A DNA stretch of 64,000 bases from the NCBI GenBank assembly GCA_964016885.1, contig OZ024740.1, forward strand, positions 165,540,001 to 165,604,000, given 5' to 3'. Both the position numbers and the translations under genes were made by a program. Below, one piece after another: positions 26,113-40,571 of the stretch. The number at the start of each line of letters is the position of its first letter. The first letter of the stretch is position 1. The notes beneath the pieces were generated by a model. That model saw only the letters and a list, made by a program, of their open reading frames with translations, made no database searches and was not told where the DNA came from. Source of the stretch: Eledone cirrhosa (taxonomy: Eukaryota).

Positions 26113-26247
<135 letters not shown>

Positions 26248-27055
26248 TGTATGTGTGTTTGCAAATATACACACAAACACAAGCAAGTATCAGTAAATAT
26301 GTGAGTATGTATTATAATGTTTACATAGATAAGTATAAGTATATATGTATATATATATATATATGTGTGTGTGTGTATGTGTGTGTGTGTGTGTGTGTGT
26401 TCGTGTATGCAAGTTATTATATATTGCATTCTGTCCGCCGTGTTTGTTGTATTTTCAACAGAAATTCCTCTCAATTCTAGATATGAGGTAAAATTCCATT
26501 CATGCCACATTTTCTCACTCCAACAAATTTGATTGATGAAAACATTAAGCAGACCTCGCCAGCAAATTTAGCTGAAAGCAATGTATTGTATACATATATA
26601 GGTTGTATTATGAAGGACCCCTTATTTTAAGAGGTTCCTAACACTTTCTTGTTCATCAATCTGATTTCCATTTCATGTTTTCCTTATCAAGACAAGTTTG
26701 TTATGTCAAAGAAATTCAGAGACAGGCTTTTAAGATGTGTTGTACTTATTTAAAGTTGAGACTTGGTGGCACACTCTCAGATTTTACTGCAGTTCTTTCG
26801 CATTACACTTCGTTTGTGTGATTGTGTGTCTAATGTGTGTGTGTGTGTGCGTGCGAGCCTGTGTGGGAGTGTGTTTACGCATATACATTTATGCATCTAT
26901 AAATATTCATATAAACGGGTGAGCGCGTATATATTTACATATACCAACATCCACGAAAGTGTAAATATGTATTTCGACGTATGAATACATGCATAAGTCA
27001 CTGATTATACAAGCATCTAAAACACGTGAGGTCTATCGTGTTGTATATACTGCAT

Positions 27056-27556
<501 letters not shown>

Positions 27557-27661
27557 CATACACATATAGATGAATAGACCGACAGATATATACAGAGATA
27601 CAGACACATACATCTCTGTCTATGTATATATGCCACTGTGAGTTTGTGTGTGCGTGTGCGT

Positions 27662-27764
<103 letters not shown>

Positions 27765-27829
27765 ACTAGCAGAACACTCGTCAACAATTACCGCGTTTAT
27801 AGTGAAAAATACTTTATTTAATAATCTCA

Positions 27830-27975
27830 GTAGGCTCGACATCACCTTGGGGCATGCAGAGGAGCTGGCATGGGACCGCTAGCGGTGGAGGGTGCTGGTG
27901 GATCTGGTCGGCTCTACGTACGATGATGCTTCTGGGATCGCAGGCCTCGGCGAGCAAGAGCAAGAAGAGAGAAAA
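27830..27975 (+). mobile_element. RTE LINE extreme 3' fragment
   Basis: LDITLGHAEELAWDR*RWRVLV resembles the RTE A.DR..WR terminus; caaga-type tail. Confidence 0.55.
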
Positions 27976-28734
27976 ATTCCTTGATTAGAACATTCTATGT
28001 TCAGATACTTGAATCCTCGACCTTCCTTGAACATATCCCTCTTGTCACTGCGGTCATCTCGTTTTATATTCATTTAACTGAAATACAATAATTTTCTTCT
28101 ACATCTCCTTAAATCCTTATCAAACATATATCCTGCAAATTGCGAATTACATTCATCTATCTGTCTATCTGTTTACCTATCTATCTCTCTATTTGTCCAT
28201 CTATCCATCTTCGGACTGCCGTTGAAATGTGGGATTTGTTGTTGTAATATTTCTTCTTGTACAAAGATATACGCATTGGTCAATATAATCAGAGATGAAG
28301 ACAGAGAGGAGGTTATATATACAGAGATATCGTCTGGTAGGTAGATAAATAGATATAAAGACAGTTAAGTAGGTAGATTGATAGGCAGATAGATATATAG
28401 GGACATTTTCGTATCTATTACATATAGATTGTTGTAGATTGTTGTAGTTAATATATATATACTCTTTTTCTTTTATCAGGTGATGATAAAGTAATTTGGT
28501 ACAATTTAAAACTTTGTAATAAAAGTGTGCCTTATATACAAATCAAAGTAGTGTAAGCAACGAATATATTTCGACTCCATATCATCTCCACAGTGAAATT
28601 AATTAAATTCGCAGTATGACCAAATATATATAAACAAAGAGAGAATTTATGCGCAAGATATGTGTGCCAAACAATCTACGATGCAAAATCCCTGCGGATA
28701 GATTACTACAAGAAGTGTATACAACGTCTATAAT

Positions 28735-28875
28735 ATTGTCTAATATATTCCTTTGTTATATTTCGAATACCTGATGATGTCACCGGATTCATACTGAACC
28801 CGGTCATTGAAATGATCATAGTATAATAAACCTTTTAAGGAATTACATCAGTCAAACCTCCTGTTATTTTATAAT
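28735..28875 (+). mobile_element. PLE-type terminal repeat with degenerate HHR (second copy on the minus strand at 39637-39775)
   Basis: CTGATGA 28771-28777...GAACCCGGTC here; TTGATGA...GAAACCGGTC in the 39.7-kb copy; both end at (TA)n. Confidence 0.65.
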
Positions 28876-29406
28876 ATATATATATATATATATATATAAG
28901 TATGTACACGTACATACATATATGTACACAGACGTACAGTAGTATGTATATATATACATACATGCACACATATATATATGTACGTATGCATAAGGTAAGT
29001 ATATAAGATCAACAATCTGGCAGGAAGGTATACGTTTGTCAGTGTTGAACAAACTAGCAACGATGGTTGCTAGACACTACGGCTTAATACGGGATGTTTG
29101 TTTACAAACACACCGAGCATTATAATAAATGTTCGGTGAATCCATACGTACATATATATATATGTGTGCATGTATGTATATATACATACTACTGTACGTC
29201 TGTATACATATATGTATGTACGTGTACATATTTATATTTAAGTAACAGCCGTACTAAGAGTGGGAAGTGAAATTTCGTTTCATTTTTTCCGTTTATCTTT
29301 TTCGGTGCACCCGGCCGATTAACCCACTCGATATGCAAATTGGGCTACTCAGCCGTAAATATGCATAAGATAAGTATATACGTTCAACAATCTGGCAGGA
29401 AGGTAT

Positions 29407-29449
29407 ACGTTGCTGACGATCGCTAATAAGCTTGAAACTAGTACAGCGT
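29407..29449 (+). ncRNA. Minimal type I hammerhead ribozyme
   Basis: acgttg / CTGACGA / tc-gct-aata-agc-tt / GAAA / ctag / TA / cagcgt; 6-bp stem I, palindromic ACTAGT, GUA triplet. Confidence 0.7.
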
Positions 29450-29706
29450 TCCTTTGTCAGTGTTGAACAAACGAGCAACGATGAGTGGGAAATGAAATTT
29501 CGTTTCATTTTTTCTGTATATATATATATAAACATATCAAACGTTAACAGAAATCCTTTGTAAAGAAAGTAAGATCAAATAGTTCAATAAGGTAACATAA
29601 TATAATTTAACAAAAATTTCAATTATAGATACCTGGCATTCATTATTTATACTCCTTCGTACACATAACTTTATTGTTTTTCAAATATGTTTCACAAATA
29701 AATAAT

Positions 29707-29891
29707 TGTTTCTACTTTTTGGCACAAGGCCAGCAATTATCCCAGTACATTACTGGTACTTTATTTTATCGACCCCGCAAGGATGAGAGGCAAAGTTAAC
29801 CTCGGCGGGAATTGAACTCAGATCGTAAAGGGACGTAACTATGCTGGAAAGCATAATCCAACCCTCTACCGATACTGCCAATTCACCGCCC
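29707..29891 (-). mobile_element. SINE family A with TSD
   Basis: Full head and body; flanking duplication tttcac(a/c)aataaataat. Confidence 0.9.
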
Positions 29892-30219
29892 TTTCACCAA
29901 TAAATAATGTAGTTCAATAGTCAATCCAGGATCGTCGGCGAAGGAGAAATTGAACACTCTCAACTTACACACATGGTACAAATAAGGGACTGAAGAAAAA
30001 CGCACATGGGCTTTGGAAAATCCATCGCACCTTATCATTGTCTCAGTGACGTTAAAAGGTTTATCGACAGCTAGAAATAGCAGCCAAAACATATCAACTG
30101 TATAAAGCTCTGCTAAAAAAATATTTAGGAGCACATTTATATTACTTACAAAAATATAAATGTCTGTAAGAAAAGCTCAAAGAAGGATTCCAAGAAATAA
30201 ATTCAGAGCATTTATTACA

Positions 30220-30690
30220 CAATGCTGCTCATGTTACCCATACAGAAATAGTCTTGCAGCGCATCACTTCCTACATCGCAGAGACTGCTCTGTTCTCTTG
30301 GCTGGAAGTCAGCTTTAAGAAGACAGAGTTACTCCACCAGCCTGCACCCAAGGACGAGTACCGCCCCACCCCGTATTACCATTGGCGTGACTGAAATCAA
30401 CTGCTTAGATGGGCGAGGATCAACAGCATCGTAGCCATGCAGCTGAATTCCCAACAACGCTGGGCAAGGCGAGGAACGTTCATCACCTGCCTAGGATCAC
30501 GTTTTACGGCAAAATCTCTATTAGCCATCGCGACAGTGGGACACCAAGGAAGCGATAAAAGGACTGTTTGAAAAAATCCCTTGGTGCCTATCACATCAAT
30601 CATGGTACACATTCAGCTGCAGCCGCTGTGGCCGTGCCTGTCTGTCCTCCATTGGACTGAACAGCTACGAGCGTGTCTGCAGTCAACATG
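30220..30690 (+). mobile_element. RTE (BovB-like) LINE fragment, internally deleted
   Basis: LQRITS..AE, KKTELLHQPAP and the C-terminal FSCSRCGRACLSSIGLNSYERVC zinc-finger-like motif. Confidence 0.7.
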
Positions 30691-30734
30691 GACCACCCCC
30701 TTCATAATATTTGTTTGTTCGCGAAGCCAAGCCA

Positions 30735-30791
<57 letters not shown>

Positions 30792-30799
30792 TAAAGTTT

Positions 30800-30968
30800 C
30801 ATACACTTAACATGTATGTGCTACCATTGGTTTCGGTGTCCAGTCGTGGGCACCACTTTACATTGAAGGAGACACTTTTAAACTGGCGCTTCATTGCCTC
30901 CTTCGATAAAGAGTGGTAGCCATGACTAGACTCCAAAATCAATGGTAGCACATACATTTTATGTGTAT
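30800..30968. repeat. Diverged fold-back next to (TA)n
   Basis: atgtatgtgctaccattg... versus ...caatggtagcacatacat; arms pair through to the centre with mismatches. Confidence 0.75.
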
Positions 30969-31057
30969 TAGAATAAGCACACATCCAGCGGATTGAACAA
31001 TGTTTTCCTTGATCCTTCATCTACGGGTTTCTAACAAAAGAAACTCACACGCACACA

Positions 31058-31089
<32 letters not shown>

Positions 31090-31090
<1 letters not shown>

Positions 31091-32102
31091 TTATTAAAAT
31101 AACAGATTAAAGTTTAAGCAAAGAATCGCTGCTTTCACTCTTAACGGGATCTTCTGAAACTAACAAAGTCAATCTGTAAACGCAGAAATGAATATTTCAA
31201 AAAACGTTGCAACCGGAAGAAGACAGGAAGACGATACTTTGGTTCGTGGAAACGTTCCCTGGCAAAGAACGGGAAAAAAACGAATATAATACTGTGTGTA
31301 TATGTGTATTCGTGTTTTGGTCGACGTACGTCTCCGAACATTTGTGAATTTACATGTAGGTATGTGTGTGCGCTTGTTATATACGTATTTATTTATTTAT
31401 ATACGTTTATTTAATTACTTGTATGCACGCACACACACACATACATATTTATATGTGCGTGTATTTGTATATCTATGGCGAGTGTTTTCGCGTATGCTTG
31501 TGTATGTACGTATTTGGATGCGTGTATGTATTTATTTAATTTCATTTACCTCTGTATTTTATTTACTTTATTCTTAACTCTGAAGCGTAGAATCATTCGG
31601 TTTCCTAGTTAGAATTTTAGTCTACGACTTCAGTTATACCATTTACGTGGTTTTGTCTTTGCGTGCAATTGTTCTCCACGCTCCACATATGACGTATTAT
31701 TTTCGTTTTTTCCGTTCATTGACAGAGAACGTCTCTATGAACCACCTAAGAGAATATTAGTCTACGACTTCTTTCATACCATAAACGTGGTTCTGTCTTT
31801 GCGTGTAATTGTTTTTCACCGCTCCAAATAATGACTTATTATATTCGTTTTTTAGGGAACGTTTCCACGAACCAAAGAACCGTCTTCCTGTCTTCCTCCG
31901 GTTGCAACGTTTTTTGAAATATCCACTTCTGCGTTTCCAGATTGACTTTTTAGTTTCAGAAGATCCCGTTAAGGGTGAAAACAGCGATTCTTTGCTTCAA
32001 CTTTAATCTGTTATTTTAATAAATATTTGCTCTACGGTTCTTATATATTTGATATATATTTATCCTTATCGAGCCCTCTTTGGATTTTAGTTTTCAAATT
32101 TA

Positions 32103-32113
<11 letters not shown>
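31090..32113. mobile_element. ORF-less PLE 3'-repeat insertion (short inverted copy 31090-31290 plus long copy 31293-32113), same family as 12634-15810
   Basis: High identity to 14960-15810; (TA)n on both sides. Confidence 0.9.
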
Positions 32114-32138
<25 letters not shown>

Positions 32139-32143
32139 CGCAC

Positions 32144-32253
<110 letters not shown>

Positions 32254-32741
32254 GTGAGGGTTTTTTTTACAAAATGAAAAATAACCGAGGTGTACTACAC
32301 GAGTGAAAGTATAAAGAAAAAAAGATGAAATCGAAAATGTAACTGGAGTTTTATTTTTTTTTAAATATATATATTTATTTGGTTCCTTTACCGGTTTCGC
32401 AATTCTTCTGCATTTCAAAAGTAGAGTTGAGATGGAGGGGGGTCTGTGGTTTTTCTCACATCTAGTTGGTCTTGTTTTATATGGAAAAAAGTGGCTCGAA
32501 ACGCCAGGTTTTTAGAGAAGTAATTTGATTGGTTGGTCAATAAGTATAATAAATTTCGCGCTAGTTCGCGTTACAAAGTTCTTCAAACAAGGTGTGGGGG
32601 GGGGGGGGGGGCTCAAGTTGTTTTTTCATATACGAATGTTTGAATTTCTTTTTACTTAAAAAAAGGGGCTCATGAAGGCTTTGTTTTATAAATATAATTT
32701 GATTGGTTATAAATGAAATTATTGCTGCTGTCACGTGAACA

Positions 32742-32802
<61 letters not shown>

Positions 32803-32909
32803 GTGTATGAAAGAGAGAGAGAGTGAAAAAGAATGAGAAAGAGAGGGAGAATGAGAAGGAATGAGAAGGACAGAGAATGAGAGAAAGATAAGTACATACA
32901 TACATACAC

Positions 32910-35900
32910 TATACAGTCAACGCGATCAGTCGCATATTTTGGCGTGGGAGACTATTTATTAAAATTAAGATGAATACTATCTCCGACAGTAATGCCACAA
33001 CTACAGTCATGTTGTATAACTGGTTATTTTTCGAACTATATCTTCTGAAGACACCTTTTATTGGAACTCGTAGAGATAACCGACTAAATACATAATTCAT
33101 TTTATAAGGATTTGCTACAAACAGCATGGCTGAACACAACATCAACAAAAAAATTAAGAAGACAACAAACAAGAAAGGTAAACAAACTTTATTCAGTTGT
33201 AGCTACAGAAGAGACCGAAATCATAAATCGCATTTATTTTGGAGTTGCGAACTTAATAATGATTTATTTAATTGTTATAAAATGGCAAAAAACAATCCCT
33301 CCATTGGCTATATGAATAGAATGAAGCTACACTGGGGCGAAATGCACCCAGAGCTAAATTATTTCACAGCGAAACAATTTCGCCAACAAGCGACGTTTAT
33401 TGAACGTAAAAATAAGATAAATAGTATTAATTGTAAGTCTCCCACAACAAACATGTTATCAACAACACGTGCTACAGATCGCCATGCTACTAGACTTCCT
33501 AGCAGCCAGGTCGAACAGCGCCTTGAAACAACTATGCCTGTAAGAAACTTGACACCACCTGTACCATCTAAGTCTACCTCGAATGCTGGGGAAAACACTA
33601 TCGATAATAATAATAATCGAAGAAATTTGACACCACGTGTACCATCCGAGTCTACCTCGACTGTTGTGGAAAATACTATCGATAATGATAATAATCAAAA
33701 GTATAAACAATTGAAAATTTCCCTCAACGAAATCTTCCAGAGAGAAATTAATTCATGTATAAATATCTCTCTTGCTGAACGTATTAAAACGACAATGTTT
33801 AATAAAAGAAAAACCCAAAACAACTAATTAATGAAATATTACGTGTTATTGACGAAATAGGAGATGAATATTTACGACAGATAAAAACCCCAACATTTTG
33901 GCAAACAAACGCCTGTTTATATGCCTTAGCAACGACAGTGGAGCATTATCTTGGTGATAGCAGATATATTAACAAGAACAGAACACCACCAAAAATTCCA
34001 TCATATATAACTAAAATAGAAAAAATGATTGCTGAGATACGAAAAACCATAGGATATGTGGCAATGCTCCTTACATGCAAACAAACACAAAAATCCTCAC
34101 TCCTTACCAACAAAGAGTGAAAAATAAAATAGAGACGATGTTTGGTAACAGTAGAACCAGAACTCTCCAATATAAGCTGATCACCCTCAAACAAGAATTG
34201 AGAGCTGTTAGCGAAAAACGCCGATACCTGAAGAAGGTAAATGAGAGAAGGTGCTTAATAAAATATTCAGACGAAACCCAACATCAGTCTATAGAGATAT
34301 GAAGGGCAAAATAATAAGTGTCACTGAGGCCCCATCCCAGAAAGATATAGATTCCTTTTGCAGCAAAATATGGAGTGAAAAGAAGAATTTCAACCAAGAT
34401 ACAGTGTGGCTAAGAGAAATCCGAAAAAACTATTACTCCTACACTACAACAAAAACATACGAAATATGTGAGGGTACCCTTGAGACTGTGATAGGAAAAC
34501 TCCAAGATAAGAAAACACCAGGAAGAGACATGATTGTCGGCTACTGATATTCTATCGGAGGTATCTTACTGACCTCTACCAACAAGTTCTTAAGGGAGAT
34601 ACACTTATACCAGAAGGGTTGACATTAGCACAAACATTACTGGACCCCAAGAACATAGACACCCACTTGGCAAAAAACTACCGACCCATTGCATGCCAGA
34701 ACCTGATGTATAAGATGTATACAGCCTGCCTGAACCTATTCCTCCAAGATCACTGTGAAAATAATAATATCATCACAAATGAACAAGCAGCTGGAAAGAA
34801 AGAGGTTTGGGGAAGTGCTGCGCAACTCCTAATCAACAAAACTGCGATTTCGGAGGTGCGACAACTTAGGAGGAATATGGATACAGTCTGGTTGGAGTAC
34901 AGGAAAGCTTTCGATTCTGTTCCCCACTCTTGGATGATAGAGGCCCTCCAACTTGCCAAAGTCCCAGACATTAATGTCAGAGCCATAGAGCGGCTGTCTT
35001 CTTCTTGGGTTACTATCCTAAGGTTAAAGACAGAGAGGGAGGACTCTATTTTCACTGATAAAATAAAATATCGCAGGGGTATATTTCAGGGGGACAGTCT
35101 CTCTGTGATCTTATTCATCTTGTCATTAAACCCCTTGCCTTTTCAGCTCAAGAAATGTGAGGGATACATCATTGGCTCACAGGAGGACAGAAACACGAAC
35201 CTAACCCATAATTTCTTTGTGGACAATCTGAAACTCAATGCCAAGACCATGGATGAGATGAAGAAAAATCTTGACCTGGTTACAACGTTCTCAAAGGATA
35301 TAGGAATGGAGTTTGGCCAAGATAAATGCTCATACATGACTGTAAAGCGGGAAAAACAACAACCCAATCTAGCAACATTGTCATCAATGGCCTAACTGCT
35401 TCACCGATATCTGATGAGGACTGCTACAGATACCTGGGGATAGATGAGAACATATCCTATAATAGTATCTGTAATAAAGAACGCGTAACCAGGGAATACT
35501 ACACCCGATTAAAAAAGATCTGGTCATCGGAACTCTCTGCGCAAAACAAAACAATGGCTCACAATGTGTTTGCTGTGCCTGTGTCCTAACACCAACGTTT
35601 GGAATACTCAATTGGACGATAGACGAAATCCGAGCAGTTGATGTTGGAACTCAAAAAATATTAAACAACACCGGAAACTTCCACATCAACAGTGACATAA
35701 ACCGCCTTTACTTGAAACGTAAGCAGGGAGGCAGAGGACTAACATCAGTCCAGACAATATTTGAATGTCGCATTATATCTCTCCGACAACATCTACGAAC
35801 CTCGAAGCGTAGGAGCCCGTCTCTCGAGCAAGTCTATCTGTATGAAACAGATAAGATCATGAGAGTTGGGTAGGAACTCCTGGAGAGGTATTGCCTGTGT

Positions 35901-37009
35901 GATAATCAAAATCTCACACCCAGGGAAGTCGCTCAGCAGTATCGCAGTGAATCCATGGATGAAAAACTGCATGCTTATCAGTAAAAAAGTATGCATGGAT
36001 ATGTTGCGAGGAAGCTCCAGAGTGAGAGTAATATAGATAAGGAAAGTAGTTTATCTTGAACCAACAACCGCTATATTGGCTCCCACTTTGAAGGATACGC
36101 TTTTGCAATCCAAGAGCAGGAGATTAAGACGAAATACCTGAATAAAAAAAGAGATAGGGATGCAGGCAAAACACCTAGATGTGATAACAAGTGCAGATTC
36201 TGCAGAACTAACATCGAGGATATCACCCATGTCATCAGCAGCTGTCCAAAGATGTCATCGCGGTACTATCTACTTATGAGGCATGATGTGGCCAAAACAC
36301 TGTACAATGCAATCCGTAGAAAAGATAGCCCCGATGATAATAAACACATTAATAGCTACAGCAATGTGGAAGACATCCATGTATATAATATGAAAGAGTA
36401 CTGGTGGAATGTTCCAGTAAAACCCCAATAAAATGCAGGCATAACAGACCAGATATTGTGTTATGGGACAGGGAAAAGAAAGCATGCACAGTAGTGGAAA
36501 TTAGCTGCCTAGCAGATGCCAATATAATATCAAAGATTAGCGAAAAGTATAATATTTATGCAGAACTGATGAGAAATCTGCACATACTCCACCCTGATTA
36601 CACCTTCAGTTTTATGCCTGGGATTATTTGGGCACTGGGGTATGTTAGTAACTGCCTCAATACAAATCTTGAGAAGCTGGGCTTCACAGGAACAGAAAGA
36701 ACACAACTAGTTAGGAAATTACAAGTACAATCCATTAATGGAACAGTAAATATTTGTAAAACATTCCAAAAATGTTGCATCTAATAACTGCATATACACA
36801 TGTACAGATGCAAAGCATATACACATGCACACATACAACTCAAAACATACACATCCACACATACAATAACATCCATATCTACACATGTATGCATACATAA
36901 TCTACCTAGTTGATGTTGTGTAAATTCCAATGAGAGAGTCTTGTGTCTATTTTAGAAGCCGACTCTCTCTTTATTGGGAAAAAATTTGTGAAATTATAAA
37001 ACCAGAAGA
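32910..37009 (+). mobile_element. Near full-length R4/Dong-clade RLE non-LTR retrotransposon (disrupted ORF 33126-36784)
   Basis: KTPGRD, NYRPIAC, KAFDSVPHSW, GIFQGDSLS, FVDNLK, YRYLG, CRFC...HVISSC zinc knuckle, RHD and RPDIV...VEISC..D...K..KY RLE; flanked by ACATACAC on both sides within (CATA)/(CA) repeats. Confidence 0.92.
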
Positions 37010-37655
37010 ACATACACACAAACACACACACATTTATATACAGTTAGCTACACAGCTTAAAATCATGAGCCGAAAATAATTTTTAATCAGTTGAAATTAT
37101 AACTCCAATCAAAAGAAAAGTCATTAGCGTTAACGTGTTCTTCATGCAGAAGGTACCCTTGGGAACTTTTTCCAATGTAATTATCTTAATTTGCTTAATC
37201 GGCTAATTATTTTCAAACAGAATACATCTATTAGGCGTTCAAAAGTCAATGCAGCTTTGAGTTGGCTACCATCTGATACATATCGGGCATAATCTATATC
37301 ACCATTTAAGTTTTAGGATTGAAATTGCGATTAAAATATTAGGAGTTCCCTCCCTTCACTCTTCTGAGATCCATTTTCTAAAGCGCTAATGATGTCGAGG
37401 ATTTTAATAGATTAGAAAAACGATTCGACTCATCAACTAACTTTGGGTAATATGAACTTAACTGCACATTTACACATACTTTATATATATAGTATGTGAG
37501 TATGCGAGAGCGTGAGTGTGCGTGCGCGTTTATCACTTGGTACATACAAATTGAGTCTCGAATGCCCAGCCACTTGTGCGTTAATTTCAACAGGAAGCTG
37601 TTCTGTTGATTGAAACAGCTGGAACTCTCTTCTTAGAAACGTATAGAAATACACA

Positions 37656-37686
<31 letters not shown>

Positions 37687-37799
37687 AATTCATACTCACA
37701 TATGTGTGGCAAGTCTGTTTGTACATATGTATGTAAGCGTATGAGCATATATATGTGTATATTCGAACCGACACATGCTGATGAGCTGGATAACTGATT

Positions 37800-38120
37800 G
37801 CGGCAGTAAGAGTTTTCTGATCTTAAGGAAAACATTGCAGCAACAGAGGTTCTCAAGGACGTGAGATCACTGGTGTGTAATGAAGGAGTGTAGTTTTCGT
37901 TCCATATGACCCATCAAACATCATGTTGCTGATCACTCAGAAGGGGAAGAGACAAAAATTCTTATATGAGGTAGTAGTTGACGCCGGTTTCAATCAACTT
38001 TGAGATGCTGGAAATAAGAATGATAGATCGGTAGTTCGCAACGTGAAGGAGGTTGTCATTCTTTGAGATGAGACATATGGACGCGTGTTTGAATAGTTTG
38101 GAGTACCGCCAAAGGGATGG
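37800..38120 (-). mobile_element. CR1/Jockey-group LINE RT fragment
   Basis: NYRSIILISSISKLIE and SDQQH remnants. Confidence 0.55.
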
Positions 38121-38299
38121 AATATTTTTGTGAGAAAATGAGCCAGTTAAATAGCAGGAGATTTGAGACAGATAACAGAAAATCCACCAGGTCGGCTCAC
38201 CTTGCTAGAAATGGTATTAACGCCGTGATTGAGACAAATGATATCTAAGAGGTGAATATATGGGGTGAGTTGGTGGGCGTGTGTGTATGAGTCAGATAT

Positions 38300-38388
<89 letters not shown>

Positions 38389-38495
38389 ATATTAACGTTA
38401 ATATATTGTATTTTTACTCCAATAATTTGTTGAGTGCTTTAAATCAGTTATAAAAATATTTGCTTGTTGTATCCCAACAAATTAAATATAACTTC

Positions 38496-38603
<108 letters not shown>

Positions 38604-38700
38604 CGTACATATATATATATACTAAGCACACAACATACAAAAACAAGATGGCGTAGAACAGAACAAAGGAGAGGCACAAACAGAAAGAAAAGAATCCCCA

Positions 38701-38744
38701 GTCACTGAAAGAGGTCACAGAATTTGTGACGAAAGAACTTTGAC
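38701..38744 (+). ncRNA. Hammerhead-like motif with one extra nucleotide in the core
   Basis: gtca / CTGAAAGA / g-gtcaca-gaatt-tgtgac / GAAA / gaac / TT / tgac; inside a cassette of about 280 bp between (TA)n tracts. Confidence 0.5.
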
Positions 38745-38897
38745 AATATATGAACAACCGTCCGGTTGTGGAACCAACCAACCAACCAAACGGAAATTTA
38801 TAAATTCTTAAATTTATAAATTTAATTTATAATAAATTGGCGTGAAAGCAATTGGTGCGTGTGTTTCTTATTGGCAACATGACCCTTCCCAAAGCAT

Positions 38898-38938
<41 letters not shown>

Positions 38939-38967
38939 AAAGAATAGAGATGTAACACACAAGTTAT

Positions 38968-39415
<448 letters not shown>

Positions 39416-39435
39416 ATTATATATATATATATATA

Positions 39436-39471
<36 letters not shown>

Positions 39472-39490
39472 TGTGTGTGTGTGTTTGTAA

Positions 39491-39571
<81 letters not shown>

Positions 39572-39595
39572 CGTGTGTGTCTGTGTGTGTGTGTG

Positions 39596-39641
<46 letters not shown>

Positions 39642-40031
39642 AATAACAGAAGGTTGGACTGGTGTAATTCCTTAAAAATGTTATTATACTATGATCATTT
39701 CATTGACCGGTTTCACTATGAATCCGGTGAAATCATCAAGTATTCGAAATATAACAAGGGAATATAATAGACAAAATCCATGGGGCTGAAAATCAGAGAC
39801 ATGTGGGCGGCCGACCATTTACCAGCTTCCAGCCCGGTCAACCACCCTCAAGGAATTACACCAGTCCAGCCTCCTGTTATTTTATAATAATTAACTCCGT
39901 ACTCGCACCACCTACAACACTAGCGAAGATGGGTGAGTTACATTACGTCGAGTGCTCTCCATAATATTACATCGAGGTTGACCATACAGGATGTCCAGTT
40001 CTATCCAGTGGTGAACCAACAAACCTAAATA

Positions 40032-40064
<33 letters not shown>

Positions 40065-40102
40065 GTATATATAATATATATAATATATATAATATATATA
40101 TA

Positions 40103-40194
<92 letters not shown>

Positions 40195-40211
40195 AGGGAG
40201 TGGATATATAT

Positions 40212-40247
<36 letters not shown>

Positions 40248-40389
40248 GAGCTACAATTGAAAGCAAAACGGGCAGAAGATGCAGTGGCCTTATCTACTCA
40301 TGTCATATTTCGTGGTATTTCATTTCAGTAAAGTTTGTAAATAGCTTCTCAAGGGATTCGAAAAACCCGCGTCTCGTTTATACAATAAT

Positions 40390-40571
40390 TGTTTCTACTT
40401 TAGGCACAAGGCCAGCAATAACCCAGTGCATTACTGGTACTTTATTTTATCGACCCCGTAAGGATGAAAGGCAAAGTCAACCTCGGCGGGATTTGAACTC
40501 AGATCGTAAAGGGACGTAACTATGCTGGAAAGCATGGCGTCCGACCCTCTACCGATACTGCCAATTCACAA
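40390..40571 (-). mobile_element. SINE family A with perfect 18-bp TSD
   Basis: TSD tctcgtttatacaataat at 40372-40389 and 40572-40589. Confidence 0.92.

Noticed and set aside
30818-30855. Hammerhead 3' half (GAAACCAATGGTA-gcac) on the minus strand
   Set aside because: The upstream core reads CCACGA/CCATGA in the two arms; kept only as a fold-back repeat
37778-37800. CTGATGA motif
   Set aside because: No stem II/GAAA partner; adjacent to a LINE fragment
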